From a virus: a stretch of DNA of 64,000 nucleotides. The stretch lies in the IMG/VR virus record IMGVR_UViG_3300034418_006779, positions 1-64,000 of that record. One strand, 5' to 3'. Positions 27,201 to 37,376 of this stretch are shown piece after piece; positions within the stretch are counted from its first letter, which is position 1; each line of letters starts with the position of its first letter. Both the position numbers and the translations under genes were made by a program. The notes below the pieces were generated by a model. It did no database searches. It was not told the DNA's origin and saw only the letters and a program-made list of their open reading frames with translations.

Positions 27201-30200
27201 CGATAAGTATTACTGAATCTCAAATTAGTGATTTACAAGACCCAGTTACTTTAGCGGGAACACCTGATTATTTAACATTATCAGGACAAGAAATAACACT
27301 TGGTCAAATTGACCTTGTTGCTGACGTTACTGGAAATCTGCCAGTTGGTAATCTTAACTCTGGAACAGGAGCTACAGGTTCTACATTTTGGGCAGGTGAT
27401 GGTACATGGAAAGCTGTTGATGCTTTTACCATGACAGTTGGTGGCGACGCTGGATCAGACCAGACAGTAAATAGTGGAGACTTGCTCGATATTACTACTG
27501 GTACTGCAATCACTACTACGGTATCTAAGGCGTTAACTACTGTTACTCTCGATATTGATCTTGACGATACTGCCGTGACTCCCGGATTATACGGAGGAGC
27601 TTCTCAAGTAGCAACTTTTACAGTTGACCAACAAGGAAGACTTACTGCCGCCGGAAACGCGAGTATTGATCATGGAAGTATAACAGGGTTAAGTGACGAC
27701 GATCACACACAGTATGCTTTACTTGCTGGACGAGCTGGAGGACAAACGCTAATTGGTGGAACAGGAGTTGGAGACAACTTATTATTCCAAACCACTTCAA
27801 ATGCATCTAAAGGATCGTACAGATTCTCAGAACTAACAACTAACGGGTTTGTTAAAACGACAGGGGCTAATGGAACATTAAGTGTTTCAGCAAATGTTGA
27901 TTTAGCAAGTGAAGTCACCGGCAATTTACCAGTGGGTAATTTGAACAGCGGTTCTGGAGCAAGCTCCTCTACATTTTGGAGGGGAGACGGTACATGGGCA
28001 GCACCTTCATATCCGTTTAGTAACTTTACTTTAGGGAGTGATAGCGGTGTTGATGTAACAGTTAATGACGCAGACTTAATAGACGTAGTAGGCGGAACTG
28101 GCATTACAGGAACGGTATCTAAAGCAGCTACAACTGCAACAGTTAGTTTAGCGCTTGATGATACGTCTGTAGTTGCAGGAAACTACGGATCTGTTTCGCA
28201 ATCACTAAATATCACAGTTGATGCTCAAGGTAGACTTACTGGTGCTACAGCTAATAATATATTGATTGCCTCAACACAAGTTACAGACCTTCAAGAGTTT
28301 GTAGAAGATACAATGTCTACTACAATAACAAGTGCTGATAGTACTATTTCTACATCATATGATGATGGTGCCGGAACACTTAGTCTAACAGTCAATGAGG
28401 CTCTTGTAGACCATAACTCTCTTAATAATTTAACAACTGGTGATCCGCATACTCAGTACTCACTGATTGCATCTGGAGCAGGCGCTCCTGTAACAACTCC
28501 TTCAAGAGTTGGTTTGATATATGTGGATACAACAGGAGATGAGATTTATATCTCGGACGATACTACTGCATCAGGAGATTGGCAAAATGTAAGTACTGGT
28601 GGAGGTGGAATATCTACTATTGCTGCCGCAACTGATACTGACATCACAACTCCTCTTACTGCTCATATGTTATTATATGATGGTACGGATAGTTGGGATA
28701 ATGTTGCCATGTCTGGTGACGCTACCATTGCAAATACTGGGGCAGTAACATTAGCTAACTCTGGCATAACACCCGGAAGTTACGGATCAACATCCTTTAT
28801 TCCTACTTTCACAGTAGACTCTAAAGGTAGATTGACTGCTGCTGGAAACTCCTCATTAGAACTTTGGAAAACAATTATTGCTGATTCTGGTAGCAACCAT
28901 AATGCTGGTGGAAATGACACTCTTGAATTGGTTGGAGGAGATGCTATATCTACTGCAAATACATTTATTGGTAATCATACAACTACTTTTAATCTTGACA
29001 TAGCTAAGCAAACAGAAGCATCTAGTGTTGACGGTGCGCTTGACTGGTTAGTATTAGAAGCCGCTGGTGGTACAGTTTATAAAGTACACCCTGACGATCT
29101 TGGCGCTGGAAGTGGACTAAACAACGTAGTTGAAGATACCACTCCTCAACTTGGTGGAGAACTAGATGCGTTATCTAATCCTATTACTAATCTTGATCAT
29201 ATTGGTTTTGATCTTGCCGCTGCCTATACAGTAGGGCAAGGCGAATTAGCATGGAACGCTGATGAAGAAACATTAGACCTTGGACAAAACGGTGCTACAT
29301 TACAGATAGGACAAGAGATACACTACCATGTTAGAAATAATTCTGGCGTTGATATTTCTGATGGAGAAGCTGTAATGTTTACAGGAACAATTGGCGCAAG
29401 TGGGAGAATAACAGTAGCCGCATTTGATAACGACGGAGTTACTTCTCCTGAGTATTTTATAGGAATTGCTACTGAAGATATTACGAACGGAACAGATGGA
29501 AAAGTAACACACTTTGGTAAAATTCGAGGTATTGATACCACAGGAACTCCTTATAGTGAGTCTTGGTCAGACGGAGATTTAATTTATGCTGATGCTACTA
29601 CTCCGGGCGCGCTTACTAATGTACAGCCTTCTGCACCTAGTATGAAAGCAGCTGTTGCATTGGTTATTTATGCAAATGCTACTACTGGTTCATTATTTGT
29701 AAGATCAGAGGTTAATGAAGGAATACACGATTTACATGATGTAAATATTACATCTATTGGGGACAATGAAATTCTTACATATGATAATGCTTCAAGTACG
29801 TGGATCAACGAAACACTTGCGGAGGCAGGAATATCAGCAGTAGGACATACTCATGCTACAAGTGATATTACTTCAGGAACATTTGCCGATGCTAGAATAT
29901 CTTCTTCCTCTGTTACACAACACGCAGGAGATATTAATATCGGTGATTTAGGAAATGTTAGCGCTACCGCAGCATCTCCTAGCGAAGTATTAACTTGGTC
30001 GGGGTCTAACTGGTATCCAGATTTAGTAGCAGCTTTAGGCGTAACGTTTGATAATACTACTTCTGGATTAACTGCAACTACAGTACAAGCAGCTTTAGAT
30101 GAAATTGATGGTAACGTTGATGGACTTGTAAGTGATGCTGTATATGGAGTAAGCTGGAATGGAGTAACAACTATAGCAGCCAGTAAAAATGCTGTGTACG

Positions 30201-30748
30201 ATAAAATAGAAGATGTTGTCGGAGATGTGTTTAATAACACATTAGCAATAGGAGCGTCTGGCGGAGCTAACCTTGGTTCAATGACTAATCCTATTTATAC
30301 TGATAACTCTAATGTAAAATCATTACTTGAAGAAGTTGCTGATGAGGCGACTACTGAAAGATTATCCATATACTGTGTAGATGGTGCAACAGATGTTGAT
30401 ACGGCAGGAGATGGAAATGGATATATTTTAATACCAAATGGTGTAACAGGAAATATTATTGAAGTAGGAGCAAGTTTTGTCACTGCTGGTACAGGTGATA
30501 ATACTGGTACAACTGATATACAAATTGCAAGAATAAGAAGCGGTAGTTCTGTAGATGTTCTTTCAACAAAACTGACAATAGACGCTACTGAAACCAATTC
30601 TTCTACTGCTGCTACAGCCGCAGTAATAAATACAGCAAATGATGACGTTCAAGAGTGGGATATGCTTAGAATTGACATAGATGCAGTGTCGTCTGTGACA
30701 ACTGGAAGTATGCCTGAAGGACTCTTGGTTTACGTTATAATTAACTAA
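24203..30748 (+). CDS. long tail fibre protein (2181 aa)
   Basis: G/T/S/D-rich; [19 protein letters not shown] motifs, four YG...TVD..GRLT repeats, duplicated modules. Confidence 0.85.
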   Translation: MSHPFYFLDESSIFKRRNALDADGNINITEHIIDLIDQYAPTGGGGGGDTSIMTVNLNGTVTHDDGTGNLTVFQSGWTTVTDNLDGTATFEYPNGTQVDLTLDQVLSVNSQTGNVTLTTDNISEGVSNLYFTDLRVSSNADVGANTTARHTHSNKAILDSITSVGSGDIITSLERSKLSGIEYNAKNNTVSNLGSGAGLYKQQTGSDFEFKTLTGSGLISIVSGSNTVDVTTSAEANTASNIGAGIGIFKQKSGVDLELRSLNGADSKITVALDGTDNIDIGFGTVNLNDIADIDDSAKANDYVLTYNSTSGDWEAKANPGATVTASYGTITDGTNPTTAVGTDTFKLMSSDSTVTIVTENDNGAHGDHANFTVNQANINSASINNDAGFISGVAWGDITGTLSSQTDLQSALNGKSDTSHTHASSVITYDNGVSGLTATNVKAAIDELAVDFHTHANKAVLDGISSGDITNWDTAFGWGDHSAQGYLTAMAVYNSDSLVSTRTKLNFYNGTATTAVVTDDGGTGSADITFNVVPGSINTGDLNNNANFVTQTEFDNNLAGTNNTTSFTPTLAHHPATKAWVESQITASTGIDNISEADDTDITTPSTGQILIYDGTDSWDNVSMSGGATINSSGVVTLTNSSVTGQQLTGLNVASGGSITGTDTIKQAFGKLSHDQSDLITLSGVSRGATDLATFTGTTIPDNRTIKEAIQDLETAVESAAGGGITAAYSFMTDGATTSTAAGNDTFEFRSANNAITVAVTNDDATYNDNLLLTFNVGNVDHDSLSGFVGNEHINHGSVSITAGTGLDGGGDITTSRTLNISTTGVSANSYGAAGTVPTFTVNAQGQLTTASDVAISITESQISDLQSYALASHTHSGFNRATSALTGADVFDDFIVTNGITTGISTRTMTLADLGYTGDTNANEYTHPTGDGNLHVPANSTTNAGKVLTASSTAGVYTWETPTSGVTDHTLLSNIGTNTHAQIDSHIADSTIHFTQAAISITESQISDLQDPVTLAGTPDYLTLSGQEITLGQIDLVADVTGNLPVGNLNSGTGATGSTFWAGDGTWKAVDAFTMTVGGDAGSDQTVNSGDLLDITTGTAITTTVSKALTTVTLDIDLDDTAVTPGLYGGASQVATFTVDQQGRLTAAGNASIDHGSITGLSDDDHTQYALLAGRAGGQTLIGGTGVGDNLLFQTTSNASKGSYRFSELTTNGFVKTTGANGTLSVSANVDLASEVTGNLPVGNLNSGSGASSSTFWRGDGTWAAPSYPFSNFTLGSDSGVDVTVNDADLIDVVGGTGITGTVSKAATTATVSLALDDTSVVAGNYGSVSQSLNITVDAQGRLTGATANNILIASTQVTDLQEFVEDTMSTTITSADSTISTSYDDGAGTLSLTVNEALVDHNSLNNLTTGDPHTQYSLIASGAGAPVTTPSRVGLIYVDTTGDEIYISDDTTASGDWQNVSTGGGGISTIAAATDTDITTPLTAHMLLYDGTDSWDNVAMSGDATIANTGAVTLANSGITPGSYGSTSFIPTFTVDSKGRLTAAGNSSLELWKTIIADSGSNHNAGGNDTLELVGGDAISTANTFIGNHTTTFNLDIAKQTEASSVDGALDWLVLEAAGGTVYKVHPDDLGAGSGLNNVVEDTTPQLGGELDALSNPITNLDHIGFDLAAAYTVGQGELAWNADEETLDLGQNGATLQIGQEIHYHVRNNSGVDISDGEAVMFTGTIGASGRITVAAFDNDGVTSPEYFIGIATEDITNGTDGKVTHFGKIRGIDTTGTPYSESWSDGDLIYADATTPGALTNVQPSAPSMKAAVALVIYANATTGSLFVRSEVNEGIHDLHDVNITSIGDNEILTYDNASSTWINETLAEAGISAVGHTHATSDITSGTFADARISSSSVTQHAGDINIGDLGNVSATAASPSEVLTWSGSNWYPDLVAALGVTFDNTTSGLTATTVQAALDEIDGNVDGLVSDAVYGVSWNGVTTIAASKNAVYDKIEDVVGDVFNNTLAIGASGGANLGSMTNPIYTDNSNVKSLLEEVADEATTERLSIYCVDGATDVDTAGDGNGYILIPNGVTGNIIEVGASFVTAGTGDNTGTTDIQIARIRSGSSVDVLSTKLTIDATETNSSTAATAAVINTANDDVQEWDMLRIDIDAVSSVTTGSMPEGLLVYVIIN

Positions 30749-30753
30749 TAACA

Positions 30754-31194
30754 ATGACTAAACAAGAACTTTTAAACAAGCTTGATACTAACCCTTTGAT
30801 TGTGGAAAAAGGCTCTCTTGTTCTTAGAGATACAATTAATGGTGTTAAAAAATACACCATTGAAGTCCAGATGGCAGATATTAATGGTAAAAGGACCCTA
30901 CGTTCCAAAACATATATCGTATATATTAATGATGAAGGAGGGGTGAATGAATCTGCTTATTTGGATAAAGAGCTTACGGAAGCTATTCCAAAAGATCTAA
31001 TTTCATATCTCAATGCTAATTTTGTAACATATGAAATTATGGATATGTTGATTGAAAATAAATATTATTCTATAAAAGGAATAATTAAAGAAAATGATGG
31101 TACATTCTCTAACAAGATGTACATTATATGCAAGGAGAGTGATAACTCGATTAGTCATGGAGAATTAAAAGATTACGGAAATGGCGTGGTATAA
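30754..31194 (+). CDS. hypothetical tail-associated protein
   Basis: Between the fibre and lectin genes. Confidence 0.6.
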   Translation: MTKQELLNKLDTNPLIVEKGSLVLRDTINGVKKYTIEVQMADINGKRTLRSKTYIVYINDEGGVNESAYLDKELTEAIPKDLISYLNANFVTYEIMDMLIENKYYSIKGIIKENDGTFSNKMYIICKESDNSISHGELKDYGNGVV

Positions 31195-32251
31195 TGAATC
31201 ATGGACATATCGTGTTAAGATAATAATTCAGTCAAGTCAAATAAATTCTGATTTGATTGATTTTCCTGTATATCTAAGAGGAAGTGATTTCGGTGCTTCT
31301 GTATATATAAACGCTAAGTCAGCAGCAGAGGATTTTAGATTCACTAAAGCTGATGAGACTACAGAGTTACCTTTTGAAATTGTTAGTTATAATAGTGGTA
31401 CAAATGAGTTTGAAATCCATGTTAAAGTAGATTTCATCAGTAATTCTTCTGACACGATCATTTATTTGTATTATGGAAACGCTGGCGCATCTGCTTATGC
31501 TGTTACAGATACATATGGTAGAAATGCAGTGTGGTCTGATTATGTATTGGTTACTCATGACGGAGGAGCTACAGTTGATTCAACAGGCACTCATACATTA
31601 ACTGCTAACGGAGGGTTAGTATCTGGAGGAGTTTCGTCACCTACTGGTTCAGGAACAAACTACAGTAGTGTTAGTAAATATGTAAATATAGGAGCCAACA
31701 ACCTTAATATAAATAATGATTTTACAATAACTACTTGGTTAGATATAGATACGGATAAAAATCAAAATGTTATACTTGCATCGGGAAACAACATAGTAAG
31801 TCCTCCGGGGTATTGGATGTTTATAAATAGGACATCTGTTTCTAATGGATTATCTATGCAATTAGACAATGGTCCTGGCGGAGCACTTTTTGCACCAGAC
31901 GGTACTAACACTGTTGCTGCGTCTGATGGATGGAAAAAAGTTGCTATTGTAAGAAACGGAAACGACTACGAATTATTTATAGACGGGGCATCTGTTGATA
32001 GCAAAACTGAAACTATATCTGGACTCAACGCCGTTGATGATATACTAATTGGAAAACTTAATTATGGTACATCCGTCTATTTAGAAGGCTCACTGTCTGA
32101 GTTAAGATTAATACAGGATACTAAATCATCAGATTGGATTACTACAGAATTTAATAATCAAAACTCCCCGTCTACTTTTTATTCAGTAGGTGCTGAGGAA
32201 ACAAATGGTGGAGGACCAACGTTTAAACCAAGAGTAAATTGGTTTATGTAA
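31181..32251 (+). CDS. DUF2341-like + concanavalin A/LamG lectin domain protein (receptor-binding candidate)
   Basis: DFRFTKADETTELPFEI...IYLYYGN; DFTITTW...WKKVAIVRNG..YELFIDG...LEGSLSELRL. Confidence 0.75.
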   Translation: MAWYNESWTYRVKIIIQSSQINSDLIDFPVYLRGSDFGASVYINAKSAAEDFRFTKADETTELPFEIVSYNSGTNEFEIHVKVDFISNSSDTIIYLYYGNAGASAYAVTDTYGRNAVWSDYVLVTHDGGATVDSTGTHTLTANGGLVSGGVSSPTGSGTNYSSVSKYVNIGANNLNINNDFTITTWLDIDTDKNQNVILASGNNIVSPPGYWMFINRTSVSNGLSMQLDNGPGGALFAPDGTNTVAASDGWKKVAIVRNGNDYELFIDGASVDSKTETISGLNAVDDILIGKLNYGTSVYLEGSLSELRLIQDTKSSDWITTEFNNQNSPSTFYSVGAEETNGGGPTFKPRVNWFM

Positions 32252-32946
32252 TGGAAAAGTGGATAATTATCATGCTAACAACTTTTTTGCTCATTTCGAT
32301 GAAGATGTGTTCTAATAAGAACGATCACATTCAATCTATTATAGATTACAATACTGTACGAGTAGATTCTTTTAAGAATGAACTAGAACAGATGGAGTAT
32401 CGGATTTATGCGAAAGACCAGACTCTTGATAATCTGAGAAAGATTAATGGAAAGAAATACTATGAACTGAAAAAAGATTTAAAAGTGAGAGACATCAAGA
32501 TTAAAAACTTGGTGTCCCTTACTGAATTTCAAGCCAAGTTTGGCGGGAAAATAACAATAGAGAATACATTCAAGCAAGATACTATGTATCTGTATTTGCC
32601 TATTGATGATATTGTAAAATTTGATGATGGATATTTATCTGCTGATCTCATGGTTGAGAACCAGAAGCTTGTACTACCTTATACATATAAGCCCGGAGAC
32701 ATCTTTATAGATCAGTATTACAAACGACCCGGCTTTTTAAAGTCGAAACAACTAATGACATCTATTAGATTTCAAAATCCGAATGTAGATGTTGTTAATA
32801 CTGACGTAGTTGTAAATCAACCCGAACTTAAATTTGTTATGGGTATAGGTGGAGGCGGGTCAGTTATATCACATGACGGGCAAATATTTTTAAAACCAAG
32901 CTTGGGGATATATGCATTGTATCCCTTAATAAAAATACAAAGATAA
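32251..32946 (+). CDS. spanin-like lysis protein
   Basis: N-terminal hydrophobic segment followed by Cys, a coiled coil, and a C-terminal Gly-rich amphipathic segment; TAATG coupling. Confidence 0.5.
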   Translation: MEKWIIIMLTTFLLISMKMCSNKNDHIQSIIDYNTVRVDSFKNELEQMEYRIYAKDQTLDNLRKINGKKYYELKKDLKVRDIKIKNLVSLTEFQAKFGGKITIENTFKQDTMYLYLPIDDIVKFDDGYLSADLMVENQKLVLPYTYKPGDIFIDQYYKRPGFLKSKQLMTSIRFQNPNVDVVNTDVVVNQPELKFVMGIGGGGSVISHDGQIFLKPSLGIYALYPLIKIQR

Positions 32947-33293
32947 TGTTACAACTACTACAAGCAACAGAGGGACTTACTCTTCTTGAGTCTTTAACTG
33001 TTTATGGACCATTAGGTGTATGGGCAGGTGTAGCGACTGTTGGCTGCTATGTATTATACAAACAAAATCAAAAGCTTCATGCTGACGCTAAAGACGCAAT
33101 GATAAAAGTAACAGAACTCGTGACCAAAACACTGTCTGCTATACAGATGAGTGAAAAGAATACCGGGAAAATCAATGAACTGTTATTTGTGTTAGAAGAC
33201 ACCAAACATCATTGGAAAGGCGTTCCTGATTTGAAGTCAAAGATTGAGGCTTTGATCACAATACTTGAAATGAAAAATAATGGAATGGCTTAA
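32946..33293 (+). CDS. putative holin (one TM segment + coiled coil)
   Basis: YGPLGVWAGVATVGCYVLYKQNQKL, BhlA-like layout; sits in the lysis cassette. Confidence 0.55.
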   Translation: MLQLLQATEGLTLLESLTVYGPLGVWAGVATVGCYVLYKQNQKLHADAKDAMIKVTELVTKTLSAIQMSEKNTGKINELLFVLEDTKHHWKGVPDLKSKIEALITILEMKNNGMA

Positions 33294-33891
33294 CCGACTT
33301 AGGTATAAATTAGGGATGTGGTTCTTCGGAAAGAGGATCATGCGTCGCGCGTATAAAATGACACTAGGCGATGCTATCGATTCTTTATTAGAAGAATTAG
33401 AGAATCCAGATAATACATTTGCTAAACTATCTCATAGTAGATATTCACATCAACTATACGATATGTTCATCAAGACTCCCTTTCTATTGACACTACTAAT
33501 AGATGTCAAAACTAATATTCTTGATTGCTCGTCTACGTGGATGAAATATGCAGGGTGGTCAAAAGAAGAAATGTTAGATAAAACATTTTTAGATTTGCTC
33601 CATCCTGATGACAAGAATCGGACAATTGCTGGGCATAAAAATGTAGAAGATTTAGATACCTCTTCTGTATTCGAAAACCGATATCTTTGTAGAAACGAAA
33701 CTCGGTATTCATATGAAGAAAATGGTGAACATTGGATATGGGTAGAGTGGCAAGTTAATGTTGATTACAAGAACGATGATACTCATCGTATTTGTGTGGC
33801 AAGAGTAGTTAATCCTAATACACCTAAATTTAACTTTTTACAAGAACAATACAGTAATGACAAGAAAACACCAGCTCTTACGCCAGCGTAA
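33280..33891 (+). CDS. PAS-domain protein
   Basis: TPFLLTLLIDVKTNILDCSSTWMKYAGWSKEEMLDKTFLDLLHPDDKNRT...FENRYLCRNE...WIWVEW...ICVARVV. Confidence 0.85.
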   Translation: MEWLNRLRYKLGMWFFGKRIMRRAYKMTLGDAIDSLLEELENPDNTFAKLSHSRYSHQLYDMFIKTPFLLTLLIDVKTNILDCSSTWMKYAGWSKEEMLDKTFLDLLHPDDKNRTIAGHKNVEDLDTSSVFENRYLCRNETRYSYEENGEHWIWVEWQVNVDYKNDDTHRICVARVVNPNTPKFNFLQEQYSNDKKTPALTPA

Positions 33892-34048
33892 GAAAGACCG
33901 TCGATATAAGTTAATGAAACAATGGGGCGGAGATTGGACTCTAATGAAAAACAACCATGTACCTACAAAGATTACTAAGAACACTTCAGGTAATACCCCA
34001 ATCACCAAAACAACAGCCCTCAACGATGCCATACTTATCAAACAATAA
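33857..34048 (+). CDS. small basic hypothetical protein
   Basis: Fills the gap between the PAS and endolysin genes, overlapping both. Confidence 0.35.
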   Translation: MTRKHQLLRQRKKDRRYKLMKQWGGDWTLMKNNHVPTKITKNTSGNTPITKTTALNDAILIKQ

Positions 34049-34445
34049 ACCAGAAGACTTTGATAAATACTTTAAAGAATCTGAGTTTAACATCGACGGA
34101 GTAACAGTTTACGACAAGATGGATCCACTAATGATCTATCTTCTTGTACAGCTTAGAAAGAACACGGGACTTCCTATAGTTCCTACCTCCACTTACAGGA
34201 GCCCTGAAAAGAACAAGGCAGTAGGTGGTAGTAAATATTCAAGACATTTGAAAGGTCAGGCAGTAGATTTCATCTGTGACAATTCTTCTGACAGAGCTAT
34301 CTTCGTTAGAGAAGCTCTATTACTAGGATTAACAGTAGGAGTTATGAAGACGGCTTTGCATGTAGATATGCGCGCTTATGATAACTCTAAGAGAAAACTT
34401 AATCCTGATAAAGTTATACTCTTCCATTATTACGGAAGATACTAG
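34026..34445 (+). CDS. endolysin, Zn peptidase M15A family
   Basis: STYRSPEKNKAVGGSKYSRHLKGQAVDF...LHVDMR; ATG at 34026 preferred over 33957. Confidence 0.88.
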   Translation: MPYLSNNKPEDFDKYFKESEFNIDGVTVYDKMDPLMIYLLVQLRKNTGLPIVPTSTYRSPEKNKAVGGSKYSRHLKGQAVDFICDNSSDRAIFVREALLLGLTVGVMKTALHVDMRAYDNSKRKLNPDKVILFHYYGRY

Positions 34446-34471
34446 AATTATTTTGTGGTTAGTGGTTCTTG

Positions 34472-34514
34472 GCTGGTGGTTGGATGATTTCATTTAGCTG
34501 CCAGCTTTTATTTT
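34472..34514 (+). terminator. intrinsic terminator after the lysis cassette
   Basis: GCTGGTGGTTGGATG-ATTT-CATTTAGCTGCCAGC (G-U-rich stem) followed by TTTTATTTT. Confidence 0.6.
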
Positions 34515-34539
34515 ATTTGGATTTTTCGTATATTTTGTT

Positions 34540-35280
34540 ATGGATATTTTAAATTTAAACGAGTGCTTTAACGACTTAGAGTTTACCGAATCAACTCACA
34601 CGTACACAAGAAACGGACAGACACTTCCTTCTGTTTCTAAAAAGATAAAGACATTTTACGAGCCCTTTAATGCTAAAAAGATAGCACCTCTCTACGCCAG
34701 AAAGCATGGTTTAAAGACTGCGGACGTATTAAAAATGTGGGCTAAGACAGGAGACGTTGCCTCAACCAAGGGAACTGAGTTCCATGATTGGGGAGAGCAG
34801 CATGCTAAATACATTAAAGTTGGTATTAAACCTGTATATGAAGACCTTGATTATATGAAGAAAAATGGACTAGCTTTTTGGGATGAATTAGATCCTAAGT
34901 ATGAGATAGCCGCATTAGAGTTAAGAATGTATCATGAGGAGTTCAGCTATGCTGGAACAGCAGATATTATTCTTCGCAACACAGAGACAGGTAACTACGT
35001 TATAGCAGATTACAAAACAAATAAAGATCTATTTAAGAACTACAAAGGCAAAACAATGAAGATGCCTTTCGAGCAGATGCTTGATTGTCCAATGAGCAAA
35101 TACGAGATACAGCTTAGCTATTATCAGATGATGTTAGAAGCTCAAGGAGTAACAGTAGAAGACCGTTGGATTATTCATGTTGATCTCGAAGACACATATA
35201 AAATATATAAAACACCAGACCACACTTCTACGCTCATAGAATACCATGAGCATAAGGAGTTATATGATTGGTTATCATGA
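34540..35280 (+). CDS. PD-(D/E)xK (RecB/Cas4-like) nuclease
   Basis: HTY...SVS...GTEFH...E...YAGTADII...IADYKTNK...YEIQLSYY. Confidence 0.85.
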   Translation: MDILNLNECFNDLEFTESTHTYTRNGQTLPSVSKKIKTFYEPFNAKKIAPLYARKHGLKTADVLKMWAKTGDVASTKGTEFHDWGEQHAKYIKVGIKPVYEDLDYMKKNGLAFWDELDPKYEIAALELRMYHEEFSYAGTADIILRNTETGNYVIADYKTNKDLFKNYKGKTMKMPFEQMLDCPMSKYEIQLSYYQMMLEAQGVTVEDRWIIHVDLEDTYKIYKTPDHTSTLIEYHEHKELYDWLS

Positions 35281-35957
35281 CTATTAATGAAATGATCTCT
35301 CAGTTGAGAGAAACCCTTAGGTCAAGAACAGATGATTCTCACTATAGCGATCAGTACTTGTACGAGCTTGTGAAATCATTTAGAGCTGTTCTGCTTAAGC
35401 AGCGTGCTGAAAAGCACAAACCAATCTCTAAATTTAATTATCAGAAATTCTGCGTCGAACTAGAATGCGTATCCGCTTCTGATTGTATCGACTGCTCAAA
35501 GGATATTTCTTGTAATGTACTTAGGTCTACGAAGAAACTCCCAGTTTCGATTCATGGCAGGAACAAAGATTTACTCCGAGTTCGTTTAATGAATGGGGAA
35601 CAGGTAAGCTATGTTTCAGATTACACAGAGTTTAAGACTCTGCAATATTCTAAGACAAGAAAAAATAAAATGGCCTATACAATGACCAATGGTTATTTAG
35701 AGATATATGGTAATGACATACTAAAGTATGTTGTTGTTGAAGGACCTCTTAGTGATCCAACAGACTTAGTCGAATGGACTACTTGCGGTACTACAAACAC
35801 CGAGTCTTGTTATGATATTCGTAATGATGAGTTTCCAATGGAAGAAAGTATATTTCCTACAGTTCGAGATATGATCTACAAAGAATTGAACGTATCAATA
35901 AACTTGATGGATGACACAAAGAACGACTCAACAACCGACAAACAAAATCAAATCTGA
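35277..35957 (+). CDS. tail ring protein
   Basis: MTINEMISQL...DDSHYSD...RAVLLKQ...LRSTKKLP...EFPMEES; crAss ring-protein pattern; ATG at 35277 (ATGA overlap). Confidence 0.65.
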   Translation: MTINEMISQLRETLRSRTDDSHYSDQYLYELVKSFRAVLLKQRAEKHKPISKFNYQKFCVELECVSASDCIDCSKDISCNVLRSTKKLPVSIHGRNKDLLRVRLMNGEQVSYVSDYTEFKTLQYSKTRKNKMAYTMTNGYLEIYGNDILKYVVVEGPLSDPTDLVEWTTCGTTNTESCYDIRNDEFPMEESIFPTVRDMIYKELNVSINLMDDTKNDSTTDKQNQI

Positions 35958-36492
35958 TTCTCAGATTAATTCAAAAAGATACTCAATAAAGGATTCTTTC
36001 TCTACATATAAATATAGAGCAAGAGATATTGATAGTTACTTAGACGGTACATATGGAAGTCAGGGTTATGTAAAGAAAGAAGAAGCCTCTGATGGGAAGC
36101 TTTCACTTACTTACAAACAATATAACTCTGTTATAAAAGATGTATTCGAAGAAGCTTGGAAAGATATTACTCAGGGTAAGATGGTAGAAATTCCATATCT
36201 TGGATCTATAGGATTCAACAGATGGAAAGTGAAACGAAAGATTGTGGACTTTAAACAGACTAGAGAATTGTATGGAGAGTGGAATAAAAACAATCCGGAT
36301 GATAAGAAAGTAGTCTACGTAAAGAATATTAACACCCGTGGTTGGGGAGCAATGACCCGATGGAGAAAACCAAAATCTCCTAGAGATCTTAGCTTATACA
36401 AGTTTGTATTTGTTAGGAAACGAAAGGAAGAGCTGGCTAAGATGTTGAAAAAGAATCCTTCAAATATTTATAATTACGAAATAATAACATGA
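35911..36492 (+). CDS. IHF-like protein of the crAss tail module
   Basis: YKQYNSVIKDVFEEAWKDITQGKMVEIPYLGSI; lies just before the tail tubular gene. Confidence 0.65.
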   Translation: MTQRTTQQPTNKIKSDSQINSKRYSIKDSFSTYKYRARDIDSYLDGTYGSQGYVKKEEASDGKLSLTYKQYNSVIKDVFEEAWKDITQGKMVEIPYLGSIGFNRWKVKRKIVDFKQTRELYGEWNKNNPDDKKVVYVKNINTRGWGAMTRWRKPKSPRDLSLYKFVFVRKRKEELAKMLKKNPSNIYNYEIIT

Positions 36493-37376
36493 CTCCTATT
36501 AGACAAAACTATGTTAGCATAAGGTCTGTGTTACCTTATATAACAATTCCAAGATCGGAGTGGGAGGAAGACGTAGCTATTGAATATGCTGCTCAAGCAT
36601 ACGATACTGCTCTTGGTATTAAATCAGCAACATATGATGCTAAGGTTACTTTGATTAAGATCGAGAACTACAAAGGTAAAATGCCTAGTGGTTATCGTCG
36701 AATTGAAGCCGTAGCATATATGTGGGATCAACCAACGGACGATGAGGTCCAAGGATTTGAAGAGACAGTGGAAACAGATCCATTGACTCTTAACCCTATT
36801 AACGATCCTACCTACACTTACAACCAAGAACATATCGAGCGTATTCAATCTCAAGGTATTGTAAACAACTATAATTTGTACACTGGATTATGGGAAGCCA
36901 TCCTTCAGCAACAAGGATTTACAATTCTGAGACCCATTGATGATATATTTACAAGAGGTAGACATTGTACTTGGTGCCCAAATCTTCAATCTACATGTGA
37001 TGATACTTATACTATTCAGAAAGATGGAACTATCATTACCAGCGTAGAAAGCGGGTATTTATGTATAGCATATCTATCTGAACCGTATGATGAAGACGGC
37101 GATCTCCTAATCCTAGATGATTCTGATGTGCAGAATGCGCTAGCTACATATGTCATGTTCAAGCTTTGGGAAACCAAAATGCATCTGCATGAGCAGAATG
37201 CGATGAACATTAGACTTATGTATCTGAATGAATGGGAAAGACTCGCTATGAAAATCAAAGGAAAAATCAATTTAAAAACTCTAGACAGTAAAGCTATTTC
37301 AGCTTACCGACACCGTTTTCACCACATGGTCACTAGATCGACCAATTGGAATGATAACTATGGAATACCAGTATAA
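36489..37376 (+). CDS. tail tubular/ring protein (P22 gp4-like)
   Basis: YVSI...IENYKGKMP...IITSVESGYLCIAY...DEDGDLLILDD. Confidence 0.75.
   Translation: MTPIRQNYVSIRSVLPYITIPRSEWEEDVAIEYAAQAYDTALGIKSATYDAKVTLIKIENYKGKMPSGYRRIEAVAYMWDQPTDDEVQGFEETVETDPLTLNPINDPTYTYNQEHIERIQSQGIVNNYNLYTGLWEAILQQQGFTILRPIDDIFTRGRHCTWCPNLQSTCDDTYTIQKDGTIITSVESGYLCIAYLSEPYDEDGDLLILDDSDVQNALATYVMFKLWETKMHLHEQNAMNIRLMYLNEWERLAMKIKGKINLKTLDSKAISAYRHRFHHMVTRSTNWNDNYGIPV

Noticed and set aside
24203-32251. Diversity-generating retroelement or invertible tail-fibre cassette
   Set aside because: No reverse transcriptase or recombinase in the window, and the repeats differ at synonymous sites rather than specifically at adenines.
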